In this document: piece after piece, positions 38,268-46,542 of the stretch | Layout: each line of letters starts with the position of its first letter | Position numbering within the stretch: position 1 is the first letter of the stretch | From: Prolixibacteraceae bacterium | GTDB taxonomy: Bacteria > Bacteroidota > Bacteroidia > Bacteroidales > Prolixibacteraceae | DNA length: 64,000 nucleotides | Direction of reading: 5' to 3' | Assembly: GCA_028282195.1 (NCBI GenBank) | Contig: JANQII010000148.1 | Location: 24,322 to 88,321, forward strand | Made by a program: the position numbers and the translations under genes | Notes under the pieces: model-generated | Databases searched by the model: none | What the model was told of the DNA's origin: nothing | The model's input: only the letters and a program-made list of their open reading frames with translations

Positions 38268-41200
38268 TTATTGTTTTATCAGTTTTATTGCGTCAGCTAC
38301 AACCATTCTGTTTTCAGATTCATTGCTAAGTTCAACAACTGCAGTATCTGGCGAAAAGTAAAAAGCACCCAGGTAGTTCCATCCTTCTTCAGCAGTCTTG
38401 ATGCTTAATGTTGCATCTTCTTCCCCATCATCATGGTGGATGGTATAATGATATTCCCCTTTTTCATCGCTGCCCCCTCTTCTTCCCCTTCTTCTATCTT
38501 TATAGATGTAGGAATAAACTTCATAATAACCAGCCTCAGAAATGGGTATGTTCCAACTAACCTTTAAGTCTCCATCACCCGAACGGATGTAATAAGCTGA
38601 GCGAACATAGGCTCCATAAAAATCGGAATGGGTTGTTTGAGTCCAGCTACGCGGTGGCCGCCAGCCTGAAAACCCGGAATAGTCTGATTTATTGACATCC
38701 TCTTTAATCAGGAGTTTTCTTAATAGGCTTTCATTATCACTTTTTGTTACCGTAAAAGAAGGGTCTTCATTATCCAGAATAATCTCGTTATCTTCTACTA
38801 TTCTTACCGGATCATCAACAACTTTTTCCCCTTCGAATGGTACTGCATCTTTATCTTCTTTTATATCTTCAAAAGGCATTCGTAGCGCTGAAGGTATATT
38901 CCTGGAAGTAAGTGTATTAATTGATGCACCCCTTGGGTTATCATTTAGCAAAAAGCTGACCTCCTTCGTTTGGTTACCGTCCAAATGAACCAGTTTAGAG
39001 ATCGTTTCAGGGGCACCCCCCATACCTCCAAAGCGACCGCCCCGGCCAGGTCCACCTCCCAAACGAAAATCAACAGAAATGATACCCTCAACATCTTCTG
39101 TATTTGTAAGCTTAAACTTCACCATCGTTTTTAACTGATCTCCGTCAAGTACATTTACAGCACTAACATTGCCAACCAAAAATGCCGGAAGCTTTGTACT
39201 GCTAAACCAGTTTTCCATGAATGGGATCAAGTCAATATCAAATTCTTTTTTTAGGGCATCATTAAAATCTTCAATAGTTGTTGTCCTGAATTTCACGCCA
39301 TTCAAATAACTGTACAGGAAATCTTCAAAAGCATCGTCCTCTGCTTTTCGTTTAATTGTTGAGAATAAAGCTTCACCTTTTTGCTGAATGACATTATCCA
39401 TAATTTGTACTTGTTCCGGGTCATTTAAAATTTCCTCGAAACTCTGTGAAAGTAAAGCCAGGTTGCCTTTCTCATCTTCAGACATTCCCTGAAGATCACG
39501 AACAAAACCAAACCTTGGATTATCTGTTGCCTGCTTTTTATAAGATTCGAAAACACGATCGGTAACCGGCCACTTATCAGAGCTTATATAGTAAGCATAA
39601 TTATAAAAAAGAGGGAAAGCATAATAGGGGTTCAACTTCTCTTCGACTTGTAATTCTCCTTGTCTTCTGTTAAAATCAGGTCGACCTTGCTCCTGAGTAA
39701 AGGATGCCAGAAAATTTTGCAGTACCCGGATTTTCTTCTCTTCCTTTGTCAGGTTTTCGTCGTCACCTCGTCCAAACCTTCTACGCGATTCCATCCGCCC
39801 ATAAAAATCCGCTTCCCTTACCAATAATCCTTTTTCAGCAAAAAGAACCATTTCGGGTTGTATGTTTTCCCTTGAGCCAGTCAGAATTCTTTCATAAGAA
39901 TAAAACTGAAGCGGAACTTCAACCAGGGAAAAACGCTCAAACGGGTAAAACAAATCGATATTCCGCTCAAAATCCTGTAACGATTCAGTAATAATATCCG
40001 GGATTGTATCTTTTATTTCTTCGAAGAACTCCGAAAAGTAATCGTGTCCTTTCAGGTAATAAATAGTGAATTCAAGCCCATCAATATCTGCATTTTTCTT
40101 TTCATAGTTGCCAATAGAAAGTGATATTTGCGATTGGGCGTGAGTTGATTCAAAAACAAAATCATCATCTTGCACCTCCACCAAACCTTGTGAAACAGGA
40201 ATTAAGTTAGGAGTAGCCTTTACCTGTAAACGATAATCGCTAAACTGCCGGGAAAACCATTGTTTGTTCTCTTCCCCATAGCCTGCTCCTGGTATTGGAT
40301 ACCAATTACATTCGCGGGTCAATAATACATATTCATGGGTAACGAATGCGTGTCGTTTATCAATCTGGTACAAGAAGTTTCGATAAGTTTCTTTTCTTGT
40401 TTCATCCTCAACATCCAAATAACAGGCAGCTTCATTAATTGTACCTTCATAAATAAAGTTGATTTTAGCTCTTTCCTTTTGTTTTAAATCAAGTCCGGTT
40501 AATTCTACTATTCCCAGGTTCTGCTCAAAAGGATGCTGCTTACCATTAACTTTTACCTCTTTTACTACCAAACCGGGATTAAGGCTGAAAATTACCCTAT
40601 TGATAACTTCTGACTCCCGGTTCCTGACAGACAGTTCTGATTCACATAAAATCTTATTCCCAAGATGCTCCAGCTTAATATCGTATGATCTGACTGATAC
40701 CTGCTTCGAATCCTTGTAGCTATCGTTCAAACTAATCATCTCTGCCCTAAGGTTCTGTTCTTTCAAAAAAGAATGTACATGCAAATATCCCAGATACAAG
40801 CTCCCAACAAAACAAATAGTTCCAAAAACTCCAGAGAACCAACGCATTGAAGTTGAGTGGGGCAAGCGTCTTAACAGCAGAACTGAATAAAAAATAAAGG
40901 CAAGTCCAAACCCAAAATACATGCCCCGATGGGTTAGGATTGTATCAATATTTCCAAAGCCTACAAAATCTGAATAAGCTAGCGGAATATTGTAGGCCAT
41001 ATAATCAAAGAGGTAGTAAAACTTATCTTGCAAATAGAACAAGGAAATAGCAACATATCCTAACAGGACCACAAACGTTACTGCCTGGTTTCGAATGAAG
41101 GACATCACGACAAAAGACAGGCCCATTATAAAAATAAGCGTGGGTAAACTAATCACCAGAAAATAATAGATATAGCTTATCCAATTTACATCGGTATGCT

Positions 41201-41615
41201 TTGTGATTAAATTAAAAATGAGTGCAATGAGTAAAATAATAATATTCAAAACAACGAATACCAGAAGATTTCCTATGGTTTTCCCTACAACATATTCTCC
41301 GTTAGTCATTGGGCGCATATAAATTACTTCCGTGGTATCCAGTTTTTTATCACGTTTCAAAAAATCGGAGGCCAGGAAGATGGCAATAATGGCCTGAACT
41401 ACATTCAGGAACAGCAAATTTATATATGGTATTAATGACGGCAACCCTTTAAGCGACCATTCCCCGGCACCACCATTCGACTCTATTAATACGCCAAAAT
41501 TGAATAATGACAAAAACACCATTGAAATGATGGCAAATATGCGGAAGAACCAACTTCTTAAAAGCGTTTTCGTTTCGTAACGTGCAATGGATCGTATGTT
41601 GTGAATTGAAATCAT
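38268..41615 (-). CDS. ABC-2 permease domain fused to a large M1-aminopeptidase-like ectodomain lacking HEXXH
   Basis: N-terminal region of about 290 aa with 6 TM helices. Extracytoplasmic region of about 800 aa. Gly/Arg-rich segments GGPGRGGRFGGMGGAP and RRRGRRGG. C-terminal tail ...VVADAIKLIKQ. Confidence 0.7.
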   Translation of the reverse strand: MISIHNIRSIARYETKTLLRSWFFRIFAIISMVFLSLFNFGVLIESNGGAGEWSLKGLPSLIPYINLLFLNVVQAIIAIFLASDFLKRDKKLDTTEVIYMRPMTNGEYVVGKTIGNLLVFVVLNIIILLIALIFNLITKHTDVNWISYIYYFLVISLPTLIFIMGLSFVVMSFIRNQAVTFVVLLGYVAISLFYLQDKFYYLFDYMAYNIPLAYSDFVGFGNIDTILTHRGMYFGFGLAFIFYSVLLLRRLPHSTSMRWFSGVFGTICFVGSLYLGYLHVHSFLKEQNLRAEMISLNDSYKDSKQVSVRSYDIKLEHLGNKILCESELSVRNRESEVINRVIFSLNPGLVVKEVKVNGKQHPFEQNLGIVELTGLDLKQKERAKINFIYEGTINEAACYLDVEDETRKETYRNFLYQIDKRHAFVTHEYVLLTRECNWYPIPGAGYGEENKQWFSRQFSDYRLQVKATPNLIPVSQGLVEVQDDDFVFESTHAQSQISLSIGNYEKKNADIDGLEFTIYYLKGHDYFSEFFEEIKDTIPDIITESLQDFERNIDLFYPFERFSLVEVPLQFYSYERILTGSRENIQPEMVLFAEKGLLVREADFYGRMESRRRFGRGDDENLTKEEKKIRVLQNFLASFTQEQGRPDFNRRQGELQVEEKLNPYYAFPLFYNYAYYISSDKWPVTDRVFESYKKQATDNPRFGFVRDLQGMSEDEKGNLALLSQSFEEILNDPEQVQIMDNVIQQKGEALFSTIKRKAEDDAFEDFLYSYLNGVKFRTTTIEDFNDALKKEFDIDLIPFMENWFSSTKLPAFLVGNVSAVNVLDGDQLKTMVKFKLTNTEDVEGIISVDFRLGGGPGRGGRFGGMGGAPETISKLVHLDGNQTKEVSFLLNDNPRGASINTLTSRNIPSALRMPFEDIKEDKDAVPFEGEKVVDDPVRIVEDNEIILDNEDPSFTVTKSDNESLLRKLLIKEDVNKSDYSGFSGWRPPRSWTQTTHSDFYGAYVRSAYYIRSGDGDLKVSWNIPISEAGYYEVYSYIYKDRRRGRRGGSDEKGEYHYTIHHDDGEEDATLSIKTAEEGWNYLGAFYFSPDTAVVELSNESENRMVVADAIKLIKQ

Positions 41616-41627
41616 AGTCTGTTGCCC

Positions 41628-42521
41628 TTAACCATTAGTCCATTGATTATGCTTACTCTCCATAAAATACACATAGGCATGCTCCAGGTTTGGATCAATA
41701 TTGTGCCCGTAGTAGCCATTAATTTCATCCGCCACAACCTGAATTTCCCAACCTTCGCTGGTTGGAACATTCGAGATGACCGGATACTTTTCATTGATTT
41801 CCATGTACTCGCTTTCCGTCGCTTTAAGTAGCCAAACTTTTCCTTTGGTGTGTTCTACCAAATCATCAGGTGAGCCGCTGTAAGCCAATTCTCCCCGGTT
41901 AAGCAAAGCCATGTTCTTACATGTGCTGGATATGTCTCCGACAATATGGGTCGAAAGAATAATGATCACATCATTCGTTGAGATGGTTGAAAGAAGGTTT
42001 CGAAAACGAATCCTTTCTTCCGGATCGAGCCCGGTAGTTGGTTCATCAACCACAATAATCTGCGGGTTGTTAATCAAAGCTTGTGCAATTCCCAGCCGTC
42101 GTTTCATCCCTCCCGATAGCTTATTGGCCTGCCGGTCACGTGCCTCAAAAAGCCCAACCTCTTCCAACATTTTATCAACTGCACCAGACCGTTCACCTGC
42201 CGATTTCATTCCAGCTAAACGTGCGGCATAATCCAAAAACTCGTAAGTTTTCAATTTTGAAAAGAAGCGGAAATCCTGCGGCAGATAGCCAAGCATTTTA
42301 CGAATCTCCTTCCGGTTCTTTACCAAATCGTACCCATTTACGCTAACCTGCCCTTTTGATGGTTTCATTAGCGTAACCAGGATCCGCATCAAACTTGATT
42401 TACCTGCTCCGTTTGGACCGAGCAGCCCGAACATGCCATTTTCAATGTTAATGTTTACATCGTTAAGTGCCCTGTTGCCATTTGGGTAAATCTTACTTAG
42501 TTGGTCTATTTTAATGTTCAT
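41628..42521 (-). CDS. ABC transporter ATP-binding protein
   Basis: GPNGAGKSS, LSGGMKRR, IIVVDEPTTGLD. Paralogue of the ATPase domain in 27894-32600. Confidence 0.92.
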   Translation of the reverse strand: MNIKIDQLSKIYPNGNRALNDVNINIENGMFGLLGPNGAGKSSLMRILVTLMKPSKGQVSVNGYDLVKNRKEIRKMLGYLPQDFRFFSKLKTYEFLDYAARLAGMKSAGERSGAVDKMLEEVGLFEARDRQANKLSGGMKRRLGIAQALINNPQIIVVDEPTTGLDPEERIRFRNLLSTISTNDVIIILSTHIVGDISSTCKNMALLNRGELAYSGSPDDLVEHTKGKVWLLKATESEYMEINEKYPVISNVPTSEGWEIQVVADEINGYYGHNIDPNLEHAYVYFMESKHNQWTNG

Positions 42522-42670
42522 GCTTAACAGCTATTGCCAGAATAATTTAGTAAGTAGACTTATTAAACTTCAATTCGTTTAATTTATTTGACAATTAAAT
42601 TAAGGAGAAGTTACTATAATCTTTTAAAGTTTTTCAATAAACCAATATTGTTTAAAGACAAAAATGAAAA

Positions 42671-43366
42671 TTAATTTTTACTCAAATGATAACTACTATT
42701 CGAATCAATATCCAGGTTCATTTTCCCTATAGCCCTGTAGCACCTTAGCTTAGATACATTTTTTAAACTTCCTGTTACAGACAAAATTGGAGTATTCTGG
42801 AAGTTCACCGTTGAATGATTTAGATAGAGTTCAACATCTTCAATATACATTTTATCAAATTGTAAATAGCTATGGTCCTCTGCATGTATTTTAATCTGCT
42901 TTACTTTCTCTGTTCGTTTATCAGCTACTAAATAAAATTTTCCTGAAGAAACTGAAACAGCAAATGTATCAATAGGCAATTTATTTATCCTTACAATACT
43001 TTTTTCAGTAATAATTACTTCATTCAGTTTTTTACATCGAATTTCAGATTGAATCTTATTGGGTGTTTTCTCAATAAAGAGCGTATCATTCTGCACAGTA
43101 AATGCAGGCATTTCAGAAATGCTATCAGAGGTTTTATAATACACCGTAAGCTTATTATTCTCAATCCCTTCAGTTACTTTTATATCAGCATGATTAGTAG
43201 CAACAATTACAGAAAAATCATCAAGTTTATCCTCAATCGTTCTGAGTTCTGCTTTATCATATTCACCGGGACGATATTTTCCTGAAATAAATAATAACAG
43301 AATTACACCAAATAAAAATGCAACAAATGCTATAACGATATAATTACTTGTTTTCATGATTTTCAT
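42671..43366 (-). CDS. Membrane-anchored protein of unknown function
   Basis: 231 aa, one N-terminal TM helix, beta-rich remainder. Overlaps the GntR stop. Confidence 0.5.
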   Translation of the reverse strand: MKIMKTSNYIVIAFVAFLFGVILLLFISGKYRPGEYDKAELRTIEDKLDDFSVIVATNHADIKVTEGIENNKLTVYYKTSDSISEMPAFTVQNDTLFIEKTPNKIQSEIRCKKLNEVIITEKSIVRINKLPIDTFAVSVSSGKFYLVADKRTEKVKQIKIHAEDHSYLQFDKMYIEDVELYLNHSTVNFQNTPILSVTGSLKNVSKLRCYRAIGKMNLDIDSNSSYHLSKN

Positions 43367-43724
43367 TGTTTTTAATTTCTTGTAGAAGATCGCCCAAATC
43401 TGAGCTGGTTAATTTTAGAAGTTTTACCTTTTGAATAAACCCAGGAAGTTCTCTCTCAAAAAAGTTTTTCTTTTCATTTGATCGCACGAGCGTAACTGCA
43501 TTTTTGGATATAAAAAACCCAACACCGCGTTTGTTATCAAAAATTCCTGATTCGTGTAAAATTGCATAAGTGCGCATAACTGTGTTTCGGTTCACTTCAA
43601 ACTCAGCAGCCAAATCGCGTATTGAAGGCACGCGGTCTCCAGGCTTGAGTTGTCTATCCAGTATCTGATGACACAGGTTATCAGCTATTTGAAGGAATAT
43701 TCCTTTTGATGATTGAAATTCCAT
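43344..43724 (-). CDS. GntR-family (YtrA-like) transcriptional regulator
   Basis: 126 aa. Winged HTH PSIRDLAAEFEVNRNTVMRTY. Confidence 0.9.
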   Translation of the reverse strand: MEFQSSKGIFLQIADNLCHQILDRQLKPGDRVPSIRDLAAEFEVNRNTVMRTYAILHESGIFDNKRGVGFFISKNAVTLVRSNEKKNFFERELPGFIQKVKLLKLTSSDLGDLLQEIKNNENHENK

Positions 43725-43725
43725 T

Positions 43726-44523
43726 TTACACCTCTTTCTCTTTTAGTTTAAAATAAGTAAGGGGTAGAAAAAACAACCAGGACAAACCTCCAATAGCATA
43801 AATGAACAAATGGACATTAAATAAATCTTCAGCTAGCCTATAATCTGGGATATGGATCTCTAAACCAGTTACAAAATCAGGGAAAAAGATATGAGAACAC
43901 AATACCATGGTAAGTAACACTGAGACTATTCCTATGGCAAATGCGATCAATGTTTTTACAAATGCATGCCGATTGAAATATGCTGAGCCAGCAAAAAGTA
44001 CAGAAGAAAGAGAAAAGATTGATAATATAATTGCAACTTTATCTCTCAAATTTATTCCCCCCTTGAAGAGATCGACATAATTAAATGCAGGAATTTTTGA
44101 TGGATCAACCTTCAAAGCCGGATCAGATATCAATGATAGTTTAGCTAAATTGGCTCCAACCCAAAATAATGCCAGGGCAATAGGAATAAGGAGAATAATC
44201 CTATTTATCAACTGAACCAAAAATTTCTCTAAAGTTGATCCCGGAAGAAGTAAATAACTACTACTTCTAATTTTATTTTTTAATGCGGGAAAGGAATTTC
44301 CAATAACAACGCCTACTGACATCAGAAACAATGTCAGCATGGGAACATAGTCATAAATATTATAAATTTTTGCCCTCATAATTGAGAATACAAAAAAGCA
44401 AAATGCATATGCCCCCAGAACTAAACCCAGCATTGCAAACAAATAGGTTTTATGATTGATAAATAAATCTTGCTTGTAGAGCACAGCAAATCGACTAATG
44501 TTAAAATATTTATTCTGTTTCAT
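43726..44523 (-). CDS. Integral membrane protein (putative permease partner of the ABC ATPase)
   Basis: 265 aa, about 6 TM helices. Confidence 0.6.
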   Translation of the reverse strand: MKQNKYFNISRFAVLYKQDLFINHKTYLFAMLGLVLGAYAFCFFVFSIMRAKIYNIYDYVPMLTLFLMSVGVVIGNSFPALKNKIRSSSYLLLPGSTLEKFLVQLINRIILLIPIALALFWVGANLAKLSLISDPALKVDPSKIPAFNYVDLFKGGINLRDKVAIILSIFSLSSVLFAGSAYFNRHAFVKTLIAFAIGIVSVLLTMVLCSHIFFPDFVTGLEIHIPDYRLAEDLFNVHLFIYAIGGLSWLFFLPLTYFKLKEKEV

Positions 44524-44527
44524 GGCT

Positions 44528-45343
44528 TTAGTTTAAGTTTAGTTTGTTCACTACAGCATTAAATAACAACTCAATATCAACATCAGATTCCTGGTCGCCA
44601 GCATGGGTCAAAACTCTGTATCCGCTTGGACACCTTTCATTGTAGATAATGTTTTCAATTCCTGAAAGGCTTTCAACAGTCTTAAACTGCCACTTACTAC
44701 TGATTGAATCCAAATCTTCATCAAGCACAATCTTGCCTTCATCAAGCACGACAATCTTGTCGATAATGGTTTCAATATCTTTAACCTGGTGCGTTGAGAT
44801 TAACACCAATTGCTCATCAGTTACTGAGCTTACCAGAACTTTTCGGAATAAACTCTTTGATGGGATATCCAAACCATTGGTTGGTTCATCAAGAATCAGC
44901 AATTTGCACTCAGTTGCCAACGCAAATGCAATTAAAAACTTTTTGCGCTGTCCATGCGAAAATCGGTTCAGGCTCTTTTTTCGTTCCAGCTCAAAATCGA
45001 CAAGAATTTTATTCAACTTCCTGTAATTGAAATTTGGGTACAATGGAGCTGTAGCTTTTACATAACAATCAATTGTAACTGATGGAAACTGAAACTCTTC
45101 AGGCACCATATAAACATCGCTTAAAAATGCAGGGTACCGATCAAAGGGCTTGTAAGCATTAACCTCTATATCTCCTTGCTGAGGTTTCAACAAGCCAGCC
45201 ATCAATTTAAGTAAAGTAGTTTTGCCAGCTCCATTCTTTCCTAATAAGCCTGCAATACTTCCTTCTTTTTGCTGAAAGTTTAAATCCGAAAATAAAGCTT
45301 CCTGTTTCTGGTAATGAAAATCTAATTGTTTAATTGTTATCAT
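44528..45343 (-). CDS. ABC transporter ATP-binding protein
   Basis: GKNGAGKTT, FSHGQRKK, LLILDEPTNGLD. ATG at 45343 preferred over the GTG at 45379. Confidence 0.9.
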   Translation of the reverse strand: MITIKQLDFHYQKQEALFSDLNFQQKEGSIAGLLGKNGAGKTTLLKLMAGLLKPQQGDIEVNAYKPFDRYPAFLSDVYMVPEEFQFPSVTIDCYVKATAPLYPNFNYRKLNKILVDFELERKKSLNRFSHGQRKKFLIAFALATECKLLILDEPTNGLDIPSKSLFRKVLVSSVTDEQLVLISTHQVKDIETIIDKIVVLDEGKIVLDEDLDSISSKWQFKTVESLSGIENIIYNERCPSGYRVLTHAGDQESDVDIELLFNAVVNKLNLN

Positions 45344-45436
45344 GGCATAGATAATTAGTGTCCTGTCAATGTATGACACAAATTAAAGCCATTTATTTCA
45401 ATTATGCAAATGTTCATTAAACTTTTGTAAAACAAT

Positions 45437-45465
45437 TGAGCCTCTCACTTCGAGTGAGAGGCTCA
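45437..45465 (-). terminator. Rho-independent-type terminator of the acidic-protein gene
   Basis: Perfect 13-bp stem TGAGCCTCTCACT tcg AGTGAGAGGCTCA, followed on the minus strand by ATTGTTTTAC. Confidence 0.7.
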
Positions 45466-45507
45466 GTAAATCACTGTTTAATTGTTTCTATGCTTTGTCT
45501 GTCTTGA

Positions 45508-46197
45508 TTAATCTTCGTCTTCAACTTCTACCTCTACATCAATATCGATTTCATCAATATCTTCCAGATCATCGTGTTTACTCTTTTTCCGTATGATTTC
45601 AATCTTTTCACGGTCTCCGCTTAAATCTTTTTTCTTAAATGAAATAATATCCGGATCGTCCAAATCGATAAACTTACTATCAATATGATGCTTTAAAATT
45701 TTTACTTTAGGTGGCAATGGTGGATGAGGTACATGCACAATATGAGGATGTTTTAAATGAACAATTCGTTCTTTACAAATACCATCAGCATGTTTCATAA
45801 CAATAACTTTCACGATAGAATCTCCATCCACAATCGTTTCAGTATTTATGTCAAAATCAAAGTCGAAATCAAAATCTTTATCGTCAAACTTAAAAGCCCT
45901 TATATGCTCCTCACCATCCATATCATCAATAAATACTTCAACCTTCTTTAGCTTTTGCCTGACTACAGAATCAATCTCAGTCCCAAAATCGTAATTGGAA
46001 AACCAGGTAAAAGCATCATCGTCTCCGGTAATAACGGTATCTATAACTGTTTTTTTACCATCCTCAACTTTTACCATTTTAAGCCTTTTCTTTTTTTCCC
46101 CGCGTGGTGGGTCTTCAGGATTTTCCCTTAGTGAAAAACCCGTTAAAATAAAGATGCTCAAGAGTGCTAATAAATTTGTTTTCAAAACTGCCTTCAT
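45508..46197 (-). CDS. Secreted acidic, His-rich protein of unknown function
   Basis: Signal peptide. DFDFDFDFD run, HLKHPHIVHVPHPPLPPKVKILKHH, acidic tail. Confidence 0.55.
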   Translation of the reverse strand: MKAVLKTNLLALLSIFILTGFSLRENPEDPPRGEKKKRLKMVKVEDGKKTVIDTVITGDDDAFTWFSNYDFGTEIDSVVRQKLKKVEVFIDDMDGEEHIRAFKFDDKDFDFDFDFDINTETIVDGDSIVKVIVMKHADGICKERIVHLKHPHIVHVPHPPLPPKVKILKHHIDSKFIDLDDPDIISFKKKDLSGDREKIEIIRKKSKHDDLEDIDEIDIDVEVEVEDED

Positions 46198-46391
46198 AAT
46201 AGGTATTTTTTAGTTTGAATTTTTATTCTGAAACAAAGGTATGGGGCAAGGGCACCAAATCTCAGTTAATGCCTGGTTAAAATCTGTTAAGGAAAAGTTA
46301 AAACCCAACAGCCTGTTTTCGAAATGTTTATCTTTGACCTGAATTGATAATAGTTCATGAAAATCTTTGACATTCTTTAAAAGAAATTGGT

Positions 46392-46473
46392 AGTCATTAA
46401 ATGGTCAATAATTGTCATTAATAGTAATTTTAATTATTAAATCAACAAATGACTATAATGACCACGAATGACA
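46392..46473. repeat. Phased GTCAT(x3) - spacer - ATGAC(x3) inverted array
   Basis: GTCAT/GTCAA at 46393, 46404 and 46414. ATGAC at 46449, 46458 and 46468. Lies in the divergent promoter region between 46197 and 46543. Confidence 0.6.
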
Positions 46474-46542
46474 GCATTGGCCTTATGTGTGATTTCAACT
46501 TATTGACAAACTTTATCATCGGGTCAAAATAACAATAATTTT

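Noticed and set aside
38268-41615. Active M1 aminopeptidase
   Set aside because: I found no HEXXH and no clear GAMEN motif when reading the whole translation. It is called peptidase-like only.
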